A stretch of 64,000 bases of DNA, taken from the NCBI GenBank assembly GCA_964016885.1, contig OZ024742.1, positions 213,032,001-213,096,000 of the forward strand. The letters are read 5' to 3'. The stretch's first letter is position 1, and each line of letters begins with the position of its first letter. The translations under genes and the position numbers were made by a program. Positions 50,590 to 64,000 of this stretch are shown here, in pieces. The notes beneath the pieces were generated by a model, which was given only the letters and a program-made list of their open reading frames with translations, made no database searches and had not been told where the DNA came from. Origin of the DNA: Eledone cirrhosa (taxonomy: Eukaryota).

Positions 50590-51169
50590 CAAAAACGGAG
50601 TTAAAGACTCATGAAATCTAAGGATATCCTATTAAATAAGCGACAGGAATTAATAATATCGTGTAATCATAAACTGAGAAAAACCTTTAAATATTATAAA
50701 CCTAATCAATATACACTTTAGAAATTATTATAATAACATTTTTTAAAATTTAGTTAACCTATAATTAATATTCTACTACTAATGAACTACATAATTTTAT
50801 TTCCCTTTTACAACTATCTTTTCCTAAAATTGATACCATTAAGTATACATATATACTGTTTAAATTTCAGGTTATGATTCTATGTTCCTTGTAATCTCTA
50901 TATATTTGTTATTTCTCACTAATAAATTTAACCCCCCCCCCAATAATTATATATATATTTTTTTTATTTCCCCTCGTTTTTAACAGCACTCTTCAATTAC
51001 ATCTAACTCTTATTTATCATATCTATATGCATTAATATAATTTTATCAATATAAATATACCTATCAATTTAATTAATTTATTTTATTTTCATAAATGTAA
51101 ATTTCATATATTTTTTTCACTAACACTTTTATCGTAAAATTTTAGTCTCCTTAGATATTTACATTGGCA

Positions 51170-51352
51170 TGGATTGGCAGCATCAGTAGAGGGTCGGACG
51201 CCATGCTTTCCAGCATAGTTACGTCCCTTTACGATCTGAGTTCAAATCCCGCCGAGGTTGACTTTGCCTTTCATCCTTACGGGGTCGATAAAATAAAGTA
51301 CCAGTAATGCACTGGGTAATTACTGGCCTTGTGCCAAAAGTAGAAACAATTA
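51170..51352 (+). mobile_element. SINE (Meta/MESC-like) nested in the Penelope-like remnant
   Basis: Family consensus. Confidence 0.9.
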
Positions 51353-51840
51353 TTCTTTCATAACAGCAATTTTTCGTGTACCTTTTACCGACCTGACCTA
51401 TTTTCACCCCTAAAATAACCTTTTCATTCATCATACTCCTTCCATTCAAAACTGAAATCTGCCTTCTTCTACCCCTAAATTAAAGTTCCATTACTACTAT
51501 TTTACCATTTAACCAGTTATTACCTTTCTATTGGTCAATTCAAAACCTGTTCCCAAACAGACCTATTATATTAAATCTTTGTTGGTTTTATTCAATGAAC
51601 AAATATAATTATTTCTGAAGACAGCATATGACCTATTTTCATCCCTAAAATAATCTTTCATTCATAATATTCTTTCCATCCAAAACTGAAATCTACCTTC
51701 CTCTACCCCTAAATTAAGGTTCTATTACTACTATTTTACCATCTTGACCTTCACTATCTTTCTATTGGTCAATTCAAAACCTGTTCCCAAACAGACCTAT
51801 TGTATTAAATCTTTGTTGGTTTTTTTCAATAAACAAATAT

Positions 51841-51976
51841 CATTATTTCTGAAGACAGCATATATATGTGTAGGTATGTATATTCCTTCTGATAGTTTGT
51901 AAAATTTTTACATAGATCTATATGATATACATACCAACACTAACATATATATCCTAGAAACGATCGTAAAATGATG
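51841..51976 (+). ncRNA. Type I hammerhead ribozyme motif with long stem II
   Basis: 8-bp stem I CATTATTT/AAATGATG, CUGAAGA 51849-51855, GAAA 51957-51960, palindromic stem III ACGATCGT, GUA site ending at 51968. Confidence 0.75.
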
Positions 51977-52702
51977 AATTTTTTAATATAAGGAACTGTT
52001 TCTTTGTTTATTTATTATTTTTATTAATTTATCTTGACTCTGTTTTCCTGTATTTTTTCATCTAAAAAATTTTTTGAATACATCTTCTCTTTTCATGATA
52101 TTCGGATTACATTGAGTTCTTCATACGGATTGGACACTACCGTACATTTCGGTAGATTTATCTACATATATATATATATATATATTCATTTTATTAAGGC
52201 TAGATAGTGAGTCTTGTTACTGAGGAGTTTCGCCTGTTTATCACAGGGTCATCGGACAAGAACATTAAAACTCTACCTCAGTATTGAGTACTCTTTTCTC
52301 TTAGCCGTCAACTACATGTGGATATATACATATATATATATATTTGTGTGTGTGTGTGTGTGTTTATGTATGCATGTATGTACGTATGTATATATGTATG
52401 TATGTAGTATGTATGTACGTATGAATGTATGTGTGTACGTATGTATGTACGTATGTATGCATGAATACATACCCATTTTCTCTTTTGTTGCAGCATATGC
52501 TGAAAAGAATGTAAGTCAAAACAAAGTTAAAATATCATATCCGTGCCATCCATGTGTGAGTAGAGGATCAATTGACGGCAATTCTCAAAATTGTTATACA
52601 TGTATGTATGTATGTATGTATGTATGTATGTATGTATGTATGTATGTATGTATGTATGTATGTATGTATGTATGTATGTATGTACGTACGTATGTATGTA
52701 TG

Positions 52703-53520
52703 TTATCTCTTTCTTTTAATTTCGAGTATATTTTTTTGACCGGCCACCTGTTTTGCAAATTTTGAAGGTGCCAGCTATCGCAGCCATTTGTAGACTATGA
52801 ATTAGGGATCTGCGCTTTGTCCGCAAATCCAAGTTCAGTCATACTTTGGTCCAAGCGGGTTGGTATATAACCCGTAGCTCCAATAATGATGGGTATGAAG
52901 CTAAAGGTGTATCTTGGATACTGGATTTGTAAACTCCTCATCAATGGTCCGTAGATGTCCTCCTTCTCCTGTATTTTTCTGACAACGTTTACATAAAGTA
53001 GGCAGCTGATCTCCACAACAGAACACGTTTTCAATGTGTGGTCCCAAACTACAATATCAGGCCGGTTGTGCTTTAATTTGGTGGCAGTTTTTATTTTCAG
53101 GTTCCACCAGTATTCCTTAGTGCCATCTGTCTCAATATATTCTTCCTCGTTTGTTGTTAATTTTGTTTTCCGAAGTGCGTTCCAGATGGTTCTAGCTATC
53201 CCATCGTGTCTCATGGGGAGGTAGTAGCGAGATGACATTCTTTCGCAGCTGGCAACAATGAGGTTACATCCTCGATCTTTGTTTTACATAGCCTACATTT
53301 ATTGTCAGCTGATGGCCCTCCCCTTTTGTACAGCAGATGTTTGGTAGGGAGTTCTAGATATTTGTTCCTGTATTGCATAGAGATATCCCTCAAGGTGTGA
53401 TGTCATAAACTTGTCGGAACTCCATGCCAGGCTTTTTGAGTGGTTTATCCCCTCTATGGTCTGTGTTTTACGTCTCAAGTATCCATGCACAACCTTTTCT
53501 GCAAATTGGTCAATTTTTTG
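52703..53520 (-). mobile_element. R4/Dong-type non-LTR 3' fragment (CCHC zinc finger + restriction-like endonuclease)
   Basis: EGYLYAIQEQ, CRLC..EDV, RHDGIA, HNRPDIVVWD, VEISC. (TATG)n on both sides. Confidence 0.88.
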
Positions 53521-54217
53521 TATGTATGTATGTATGTATGTATGTATGTATGTATGTATGTATGTATGTATGCATGTGTATGTATGTATGTATGTATGTA
53601 TGTATGTATGTATGAATGTATGTATGTATGTATGTACGTATGTATGTATGTATGTATGTTTGTATGTATGTATGTATGTATGTATGTATGTATGTATGTT
53701 TGTATGTATGTATGTATGTATGTATGTATGTATGTATGTATGTATGTTTGTATGTATGTATGTATGTATGTATGTATGTATGTATGTATGTATGTATGTA
53801 TCTATGGATCGATGGGTGGATATATGCATTCTGCTTTGGCAGTATCTTTATATGAACACGAATATTCAATTTCGTTTGGCTGATACCCAAGTTCAAATAT
53901 CAACATCTACTTGTACTTTTCCCTTCATATGTAAGTACATTATAATAGTATATCTACCCACTCTAAAATTATCCTTGCCCTACAATAGTCTACACTCTTT
54001 CTGCGCAACCACATGAAGGCTTTACCCTTCTATTTGATGCCTCAGTTTTCACGTTCTTATTATGTGCCATCCTTCACTGCGGGTAAATAAGCCAAAATAT
54101 TACTAAATCAATACAATCGAACGCGTATTTATATGTCAATAGCTTCTTATTGTATTACTAGAACCCAATTTGGGAATATGTGGCCAATCAATTTGCTAGA
54201 AAATAGCAGCAAAACTA

Positions 54218-54344
54218 CCGTATTTCCCGGCGCCGAAGACGCTTCGTCCTCGAGGATGCACCCTAATTTTGAAAACTAAAAATTTGAAACTTTTTGAGAC
54301 TTATTTTAGGAAAAAAGTAGCGTCTTCGACTCCGGGAAATACGG
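54218..54344. mobile_element. Tc1/mariner (pogo-like) MITE
   Basis: TIRs CCGTATTTCCCGG..CGAAGACGCT / AGCGTCTTCG..CCGGGAAATACGG flanked by TA. Confidence 0.85.
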
Positions 54345-54571
54345 TAGTTTTAAGTCATCTCCCATGATTTTACAAAAAGGAAGGTCACATTACTGTCTCA
54401 TGAACGACCTGTGACTAAATAACAGCAACAATAATTGGACATATGCATATATTTCTACTATTTATATTGTCAAAAAAAAAAAAAAAAATCAATTGAATTT
54501 ATTGGTGCTATCTCACTTGCTTTCTTCCCTAGATAACGTATGTAAGAATATATGGTATCGGTTATAAAGTG

Positions 54572-54760
54572 ATGGATTGGCTGTATCGGTAGAAGGTCGG
54601 ACGTCATGCTTTGCAGCAAAGAGTTACGGCCCTTTATAGTCTGAGTTCAAATCCCGCCGAGGTTAACTTTGCCTTTCATCCTTACGAGGTCAATAAAATA
54701 AAGTACCAGTAATGCACTGGATAATTGCCGGCCTTGTGCCAAAAGTAGAAATAATAATTA
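54572..54760 (+). mobile_element. SINE (Meta/MESC-like)
   Basis: Family consensus. Confidence 0.9.
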
Positions 54761-55712
54761 TAAAATGATGGTCAAGTTTTCTGTTTTGCATAAGAAAATT
54801 AAAACCTGATTCAAAATAAGAATTGTATTTACGTTTGAGTTTTCTCGAAATTTCTTTTCTGATGCTTTCGTAATGATACATGACAGTATTCTCGGAAGTT
54901 ATATCATTACGATGTCAAACATAACTTACCTACACGAGAGTCCTCAGTTGCACAGATAACACTATGATCTTACTTGGTATAAAGACAGTAAATGCTATAT
55001 AAAAAGAAGGGAGCAAGATCTGAATGGGCACAAAATAATAATAGGGAGTTCAATTCCACAAAATGTTGTGCCCTATATTAATGAGAAGCAAATCTACAAC
55101 GAAATATTTCAAAGGATCCCAAACAGATATAAGATAACAATCAGCCTAGGAATTAAAATTCCAAAGATGCTTATTAATTTTTGCCTATTACACTTTAACG
55201 GTTCTTCATCAGTATGTTGAAAACTATAATTATGTTGATGCTTGTTTTAACAAACACCAAGCAGCAATATTCATATTAAGGAAAACGTTTGTTATGAAAC
55301 AAATAGATTATTATTCAAACCTTTATTATGCCATTAATCCTTGACATCAATATTCAAATCATATTTACTATTTTCTAAATTAAATTTACTAACAATACAA
55401 CATAAAGCTTTTAAGAAAACAATAGCACAGAGCTAAATTGCTGGGAATGACTGCAGATGTTGAAGTTTTAATCCTCAGAACGATGATAAGAGAACAAGGC
55501 ACATTTAACTTCAACATTCCTGAGAGTAAAGGCTCGAGTTTCAGTTTATATATTATTGGATAAAGAAAAAGGCAATACTGTAAACTGTCAAACCTTGAAT
55601 CAACTGACAATCGACTGAAAATACTTTATAGAATGCTTGAAACGTAACGATAGTATCTACTAAATATTCTAAAATGCCATCTAAGTAAATATCTCACTAG
55701 ATTTCTTTGGGC

Positions 55713-56945
55713 CTAGGGCAAGAGGGCAGAAGTGCTGCGCCCCGAAGTCAAGACCGCAAAAGCATTCCCGCGGGCGATAGTCAGTGACACCCGCTGCAAC
55801 AGCCACCCAAACTCGCGGGGCTCCTTCCTCAGACGGGCCGCCGACGTTCCGATCTTGCGGAGGCGCTCGTCTGTACGGGGTTCAAGTACGCCTGAGGTCT
55901 CAATGGTGACTGGTGCGAAGAGGAAGCGGCCGGAAAAACCCCGGAATTCGTTTAATTCACGTTCTTCTGCGAGGCGGGCTGCGATATGGGGGTTTGTGGC
56001 CGATGCAACTAAGTTGGAGGCAGAGAACGTGTCACAGTAGGTGGCGTCCCAGATAAGGGATCTACCTCCCTCGAATGGGAAGAGGGTGATTCCGTCGGGG
56101 TGCTTGCCATCTCCGTGCTCTAGGCCTGCTGGCTCCAGTTGAGATAGAAACCCAGCTGCTTCCAGGCCCCTTCTCAGTGTGTCGTTGAGAGCGGTGTGCC
56201 GGGGGAACCGGTTTGCGCCCTGGCGGCAAGACAGAGGGTGCAGGCTAAACTTATCAACAACTGCCCCGCAGCGACATTTATGTGGCTCACACATGCGGAG
56301 GCCAAGGCGTTGAGCTACTCCGATGCGAGTGCACTCATTATCAAGAAGGGTACCGGTTAATGAGGAGGGCACCGAATTGAGCCACGCGCTGCTGTTGGGC
56401 TGAGAAGCGGAGCGGAGGCAGACGAGGCAGTGTTGGTCCAAATCAGGCTCGATCCACCTGACAGAAGACCTGCAATTGATGTCGTCCCAGTTACGTTGGA
56501 CAGTAGTATACTGGGGGATAGAGATACCTTCGCCTCTCCAGTAGTCCAGTAGGCCAGATTCTAGGGGCCAGGTCAGATTCGGCCGTCTGGCTGAGAACCT
56601 CGGTGATGAGAGCGCGACTGGAGGAGATAGAGCAGGTAAAGCTAGATCCGAGGCTACCGAACCTCGCTGGGAGTGTCGCCTGTTGCCAGCCTGCGCTGTC
56701 GAAGCCGACATTGCAAATGAGTTCCGCATAGCGTCAAATGGTGGCGTCAATTTCTCTGAGAAGATCTGCGTGGATGAGCGCAGGATGAGCGTCAATGAGA
56801 CGCAGCCTCTGCCAATCGGGACAAATCCATATGCTTCGTTTCCAGGCATTCGCTTATGGCTTTCGGTAGAATGGGGGAGCCGAGTCCCAGCTAAGATGGG
56901 ATTGGAGCAGAGAACGGCGTTGCGGAATTCGGCCTCTTCGTAGCT
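55713..56945 (-). mobile_element. CRE-clade non-LTR retrotransposon 3' part (CCHC finger + restriction-like endonuclease)
   Basis: AWLNSVP, RLG, CRCG..D..H.LSC, RH.ALND, EPAGL, PDG, LIWDAT..DT, PVTIETSG, QRVSLTIARGNA. Confidence 0.85.
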
Positions 56946-58189
56946 GATGTTTATAGCACTCAAACTGAAAAGAAAACAAACAAAAGAAAAACAAACAAAA
57001 CCAAACAAAACAATAACAACAGAATACAACGTAAATACTAAACAAAGGCAAGAAGTAGAAGAAGAAGCCTTGGTTTATTTCGGTTAAAATTCATCAAAAG
57101 GAGAAGTAAAGACTTATATTTAATCCCGAACAGCTAGAGTGTTAGAGTAATACAGTGGGGTTGATATTGCACAAACTATTCAATTTTAAATATATTGTTT
57201 GTTCAAATAAGCTCAGTATAAATCATAGAACGAAAGCCAAAAGAACTGCTGCAATTTTTTGTTTCATCGATTCCAGCGTTGCCATCATTGCTGTCTTATT
57301 GAAGGCATTACTGCACTGCATCAGTCATTTTATGCAGTGTGTAAATTTTAAAACATTCTTGTATCATCCGTGAAGGTTTTTCCAAAATAAAAGGCCACAT
57401 GCTTATCAAAATATTAATTTATTAATTTATTTAATGATATATTTACTTAGCATTCATATATTTATCTATTCATTTATATATTTATGAATTAAAATATTTA
57501 TCGCTTGTATTCAGCTGTTAACCTTTTCGATTAGGTCGCTTATCAAAGTCTTCACGTTACGCTATTTAAATTCAACAATGAAATAACTTAAAGATGATTT
57601 TCATTCAATAAAAAGCTATAAAATTTAAACGAAAATATACAAATCGAATTTTACATTATCAAAATGAAAACAATTATGAAAGTAAAAAATACAACTCATA
57701 CAATCTAAATTCTTAGCAGAGACTATAATATCATAACACACAAATGCATGTTAATTTCAATCAGTTTTATGTTGTCTGGCCTTTCAGATCTTCTCTGGGA
57801 AGGTTGGTTAGATTAAAAGGACGTTTTAAGCGATAGTCACTGGTCATCAATTAACGAATGATACTAAAACAGAAAATACACAAATTGTTATGACTTCCAT
57901 AATGACAGTTATTAGTAACGGAAGCTCTATTGTGGCAATAAAACGTAAAACCACTCTCCGGTAGTGTCTGAGGCACACATTATAATTAATTGATTACTAT
58001 TTGTAATTAGTAGATTACAAGTGACAACAGATATTTGCCTTCCTTTGATTGTGTACAAAGACCCGATGTTTTAGGGCGAGCTGTGGATATTTCATTGAAA
58101 TTTTGATTCAAAATTTCCTCATGGTATCAGTGACGTAAATGAAATGAACTGACTTTAACCGGCAATTGAATTTGTAGTGAAACCAGCTA

Positions 58190-58385
58190 ACATGAATGCT
58201 CATACGAGGTCACTCAACCTGCTAAAATAGCTGCCAAATTTCCCTAATATGTAAAAAGGAAGTATAACGTTCATGATACACTATACTTGAAATAGAGAGA
58301 ACAGGTGGTTATGGATGGTCATGGATGAAATGATTTTGATCATAGGTCTGTTTAACCAAGACTAAACGGGGTTAAACAACGTCGT
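58190..58385 (+). mobile_element. Decayed SINE 3' region (related pieces at 48830-48960 minus and 54180-54430)
   Basis: Shared ggtcatg..tgatcataggt..taaacaac and gcta(g)aaatagc(a/t)gc motifs. Confidence 0.5.
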
Positions 58386-60098
58386 CTACATGTACATACT
58401 TTACAAACACAACATATATAAATAGATTTTCAATAACAGTTTCTTCAAGATATCATTCAGTTGACTGAATTCTGTGCGGTTTTAAACCGGCACAGACATC
58501 AAATTATTGTATTATTCTAACAACAAAATCAGAAACGATCTACTTTCTGTTAGTGCCTAGGAAATAAAAGGAAACCTTACATATAATCCATTGTTGTTAT
58601 CAGTAAAAACAATTCTATTTTTTACATTTGGTGGTCTGACTTTTCGAACAAGCTTACAATTAGAGATTACAATCTTACTATAATTAATGACTACAAATAA
58701 ACCATGTTTCTATCCTAATTTTACAGTTAAGAATCAGTCTACAATTTGTAGCCCCGACTTTCTAACTATCAGCAAGATTTGGATTAAAGAAGTTTTTACC
58801 GATTTTACTGACACTTTTTGATTAATCATTCCTGATCGAACAGACATTTTCTTTTCTGAAAGAATTGCACATTACATCTTTACATGTTTTCCACGATCCA
58901 TCGGCTTGTTTATTTATTGTTCATTAAACATATCCTATATTTACGGTAACATTAACTACGTCAATTTTTTTTTTAGTTAGTCGTAAACCAGGTCGCTGTT
59001 TTCCCCAGTTAGAAGCCAGTTTTCTGACACGATTTAATGCCCGAGGCTACATCATTCATTTCTGTTATCGCTTTGTTTCAACCAGAAATAGCCGTACAAC
59101 TACGACGCAGCAATTTCCAATCATGCTGAAACATTGACCGACTAAATGGCGACAAAGCAGTAACACCATCTCTTAAATGAGACAGCTCAAAGACAGAAAT
59201 GAAATATGTGGATTCACCATCACTCTACAGAATACAAGAAAAATAAAAAAACACAAAATATGTATTGCGTTACTTTCCAGAAATGGGAGACTTGATTTTT
59301 TTGTTTTACTTTTGAATTGTAATTAACAATTACCATTTCAGCTTCTATAGATTCTCTATACGTCTAGCATTCAAATGCCGATAGAATTTGACTGCCACAC
59401 TGAGAGTCTAGGTCTGCCACTTACTATATAAATTTCATTGTCAAGTGCATCGAGTACTTGTGATTTCACTCTCCCCTCCGTGGTTAAGAACATTATAATT
59501 CAAAAATCCACGGGTCATCCGTCTGATCAACAAGCTGGATTGGCCTGGAAGATTGAATAGGAATACACAGAGCCCACGTACTGACCTAGATACTGAAGTA
59601 GATACCCGTATGAGGAAAGGTCCATAAAGTACACGGTTGAGCCGACAGCACGACTTCGCCAACACGAACACTAAGCAACCAAGTAGATAATTATGAGGGC
59701 CGGAGTGATATTCAATAGCTTGAATATTCTATTCCAAACTTTGAATACTGTAATCCGTGTATGTATTTCGTATTATATATCATGGAAATTGTTTTCCTCA
59801 TTCATGCATTCAGGACTTTTGTCTTTTTATGTTTGAAAATTAGGATTTGTAAATTATATATTGCATTCGAAAACTAAGGATTCTACAGCAGGAGTTTCTT
59901 ATCTGTCACCTGGTAGATGTTTTATTATATATCTGCAACGACCGAGCTGTTACATCTGTACTGGGGGCGAAATACAATATAATTTATGGTGACAATATCG
60001 TCTCTGGCTTTCGAATACTGGGATAGCAAAGAAATTGTGTATCGCGGTGAATCGTAGTAAAGAATCAATATTAAATCTGTATACTGAGTTACATTTTT

Positions 60099-60136
<38 letters not shown>

Positions 60137-60140
<4 letters not shown>

Positions 60141-60550
60141 TAAAAATTAGAAAGAGAAGCCAGGACTATCCACCATCAGTGATCTACTAGCCATCATAGG
60201 TATTTCTTCGCATTAAAGATCTGATACCTCAGGCTAGAGCGAACAATAACTAAAATAAGTTATTGGGATAAAAGAATTGGGTGGAGAAAGAAAGACAGGT
60301 AAACAAACAAGAATGATGAGGCAACGTAACGAGAGGAAAAAATGAGAAAATCAAGTCAGTGATTCATGTGGACATAAGAACTTGCGAATCATTGACGAGA
60401 AGACGAAAGACACATCTTGGCCGTGCGAAAAGTGAGCGAGAAAAGAATTTCGCATGGTGTGGGACGATGGAGGAAGTGAGAGAAAGGTTAAGTAGCAGAG
60501 AGTGAGTGAGTGAAAGTGTGAGGAAGAGGCCAAGATGTGTCTTTCGTCTT
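60137..60550. mobile_element. (TA)n-anchored repeat homologous to 1440-1932, ending in a short inversion
   Basis: agacgaaagacacatcttggcc (~60401-60422) is inverted at ~60528-60549. Confidence 0.5.
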
Positions 60551-61644
60551 CATGTTATGGAAAGAAGTTGTGGTGAATTTATGGAATAGGGCTTAATAAA
60601 TATTAATGGCCCTAATAGTTGTTCCAGTGTTCAAAAGTGGTCCGCCAATGGAATATATTGCACACCCCTGAATTATAACAAATAGAAAAAAGAAAGCAAA
60701 CAAAACGGCAAGGGATCAGTCGTTGGGTCCCGGCTATCTCTAATACTCCACTATTCCAAGTATCGAGAACTCTGCTGAATAATAGTCTTACTAATTTAAA
60801 ACTTCTAAAATCCTGATATGTATATATATGCACATGATATTTCACTAAAGCTTTTAGATCCTATAATCTGCTGTTAAATCCAGTTGTGGAGGAATCACAA
60901 TTTTGCTATCTGAACTAGACCCTGGCAGTTCTGTTAACTCCCTTAGGTCTTCGTAGGTGACGTTCTCGTTATCAGTATGCAATACATTCTCACTTATATC
61001 AACCTATTTAAATCGCACTTCCTCTACCATTAGTACGAGTCTATTGCTAATAGAAACTCTTTCCTACGCTATCATATGACTTTCCTTAACTAATTTTTTT
61101 CTAAGCTACTATGAGATATGTATATTTCAATTATTCTCAGGCATTTTTGATATTTTTATTGCCCTCATAGTGTAATTTTTCATAATTCTTTGACGAACTG
61201 ATGTTTATCGTTAATCTTTGTAATCAACTGAGTTCATGTAATATAATACGAATTAAAAACTAAAATAATTCACTGAACCATAGACTGTATAGCGAACTTT
61301 ATGTGGAATGAAAACGACTTTAACTGGTACGCACATTTGGTTAAAACAAACTAAAAGAATAATTCGTACATACATACATACATGCATATATGATGGCTGC
61401 AACTCGATTTGAGTAATGCCATCGATTGATACTTAATCATGAACAACACGGACGTAGCTTTTTAGTCCTGCTAGAGACTTGCCTACGGTCGGCAATACTA
61501 TGCATCGCAAAAAATGTCACATATCAAGCGATGCTTGTGCTTGAAGCTTTTGTAAGTGAGGATACATACATACTTAAATGCATACATACATACATACATA
61601 CATACATACATACATACATACATACATACATACATACATACATA

Positions 61645-61739
61645 CATGATGATTGCCCCCTCGTTATCGGGTATGGCCATTGCACAAAAAAAAAAATAAT
61701 AATGACGACAATAATAATAACAACAACAACAACAACAAC

Positions 61740-61774
<35 letters not shown>

Positions 61775-63289
61775 ACACACACACACACACACACACACGC
61801 GCGCGAGCGCGCGCGATAATAATTAACAGTGCTGCATGTGGCTTTTTAGCCCAGCCAATGATCTAAAATGTCTTGCACAGAGTCGGCAACCAAAACATTT
61901 ACTGGGAATAGCCGGCTGTGGTTGGAGTCCATGTACTTTTGCATGTCGCTTGAGCCCTCCTACTGATTTACATTCTCTACCACATGCTTGGCAAGCATGA
62001 TGAGTAGCATCTCCAACAGCAGGCTGGTAGTCAACCACTGGTTTTACTTTATGACTGCGAAGATGACTTTCGAGTTCAGCTTTGCTTAGGCAGAGTCTCA
62101 CACAGACGCTGCATGTCAGCGCCATAGAAGAACCTTTGCTGTCTGGAAGTGCAACAGTAATGCCCTTCCTCACATCCCTCTTTACTTTCTCGTATGCGAT
62201 TCGAGATGCCTCAAAGGCAACTTTCCCCTCATATACAGACTTTCTCCATTTATTACGATCAGCAGCAATATTCTCCCATGTATCAGCAGAGATGATAGCG
62301 TCTTTCAAACAGGCTTTCAACGAAACCTTATACCTCTTTTTTGGTTTATGTGGAAGTCGTTTTCCTTTAACTAACTCTCCATAAAAGAGTTGTTTTGGTA
62401 TTCTAGAATCCTTCATCCTGGCAAGGTGACTACTCCAGCGGAGTCTTTGTTTAAGTACAAGAGCTTCTATACTGTCACACAGAGAGCTTTCTAAAATATC
62501 GACATCACTGATGTGGTCCCTCCAGTGAACGCCATGGATGCGTCTGAGACACATCTGATGGAAACGCTCTAATTGTTTAAGGTGATGTCGATATGTGATG
62601 CAGGTCTCGCAGGCATAAATAAGAGAAGAGAGCACACATGCCTTGTACACCTTTACCTTTGTCTTCTTGCATATGTCTCACCGACCCCAGAGTCGCCTTT
62701 CTAGCTTTCCGAAAGCATCACTTGCTTTCCTAATCCTAAGTGGAATTTCATTATCAAGGTTGCTGTATCGATTGACTGTGCTTCCCAGGTAGGCAAACTG
62801 ATCAAACACTCCAAGTCGTTTACCATACACACAGATATTTGGATCATCAGGGGCAGGTTGGTACATGACGACGGTTTTCTTGAGACTGACAGTCAATCCT
62901 AGGGCAGTGCAAGCATCAGAAAATGCATTCAAAATGTGCTGCATATCACTCTCTGTGTGCGCTACAAGATCGCAATCATCTGCATACAAGAGGTCTCTTA
63001 TGGTTGATGTAAATACTTTTGTTTTTGCAGCAAATCGCCTAATGTTAAATATGCTGCCTGAGGTTCGATATTGGATGTAAACACCATGCTCGCAATTCCT
63101 GAATGCAATATAGAAAACCATTGCAAAGTATATGGCAAACAGTGTTGGAATATCCCCCTGTTTCACTCCATTTTTTACTGAGATAGGCTCCGACATGTTA
63201 TCTCCGACATTAACCCAAGCCTTCATGTCGTCATGGAAAGAACTAACTAAAGCAAGGAAGTTATCAGGGCAACAATTTGTACATCACTT
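61645..63289 (-). mobile_element. RTE (BovB-like) LINE 3' half with three C-terminal C2H2 fingers and (ATGT)n tail
   Basis: ORFs 62678-63226 (GVKQG, LLYADDC, YLGS) and 61823-62650 (LERFHQ, LRW..H, RIPKQLFYGEL, 3 x CxxC..H). Tail 61580-61645. Confidence 0.93.
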
Positions 63290-63319
63290 GAATAATAATA
63301 ATAATAATAATAATAATGA

Positions 63320-64000
63320 TTTCTTTATTGGCCACAAGGGCTGACATCAAGAAAAACATTACAGACGGCACAGGACGGTACAGGATGGTAGGATGTGGGT
63401 TTTGTGCGTGTAAATATTTTTATTATTTATATAAGAAAGGAAAAAAAAGGACATAGAAACACATATATATATAAACAATAAAAATGAAAATTGAAACAAT
63501 GAAAAATTCCCTAATAGGGGGGAAACCTCCGAGGGTTACTCGTGGCGAAAACCACACAAAAGACCACGGCCACCCTGACCACCAGGGCAAGCGCCCTCTC
63601 TCAATTTTTCCATTTCTCAAACTACAGACGTATATTCAGAGCGGTCCCGTTCACTCGGACCATTCTCGCTACATTCACCCACCTTTCAACAAACTTGCTA
63701 GAAGACAGCACTTGCCTCTCCACCCTGATTTTCCTCTTCAAGTGAAACTTGAAAAAGTTAATTAGGGATTCGCCGAAGAGGAAAGTATCTGTCTTTAACC
63801 CTTTCAATATTGTCCACCACACAATCTCTTTCGCCATGACCACCAGGCAGATGAAAACTGCCTGCCCTTCCTCCTCGAAGGAAGACGGCGAGACCATCTG
63901 CACAATGGACTCAGTCGATAACCGGATCAGTCCCACACGCGACAGCAACTGTTCGACATAGCTCCACAAGTCAGCAATGCTCGGGCACTGAACGAGTGCG
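63320..64000 (-). mobile_element. L1/Tx1 LINE 3' end with (ATT)n flank
   Basis: ORF 63622-63969 matches the ORF2 C-terminus. 3' UTR ends AATAAAGAAATC(ATT)n. Confidence 0.92.

Noticed and set aside
58975-59260. CCAAT and AAATGGCG motifs as a second promoter
   Set aside because: Too few motifs and no associated exon evidence.

Overview
AT-rich, microsatellite-dense eukaryotic DNA, almost all transposon-derived. The SINE families and (TA)/(CA)/(TATG) arrays suggest an octopus or other coleoid cephalopod (inference). No host protein-coding gene is confidently identifiable. The long ORFs belong to non-LTR retrotransposons: one near-full-length but frameshifted L1/Tx1 element (28587-33878, minus) plus five fragments, RTE elements with C-terminal C2H2 fingers, R4/Dong-type fragments and a CRE-type fragment. 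There are also about 20 tRNA-derived SINEs, several MITEs and satellites. The most interesting layer is non-coding. (i) Short fold-back elements sit in (TA)n arrays and carry type I hammerhead ribozyme motifs typical of Penelope-like elements (16577-16983, 47523-48077, 51841-51976; half motifs near 2820, 6850, 45235 and 47450). (ii) An RTE-derived non-autonomous element has a 5' end that folds like the 3' cleavage product of a twister ribozyme (41988-42110). (iii) There is an apparent hierarchy in which tails laid down by one retroelement ((ATGT)n, (ATT)n) are the landing sites of other retroelements. All RNA folds were paired by eye and need computational and biochemical confirmation.
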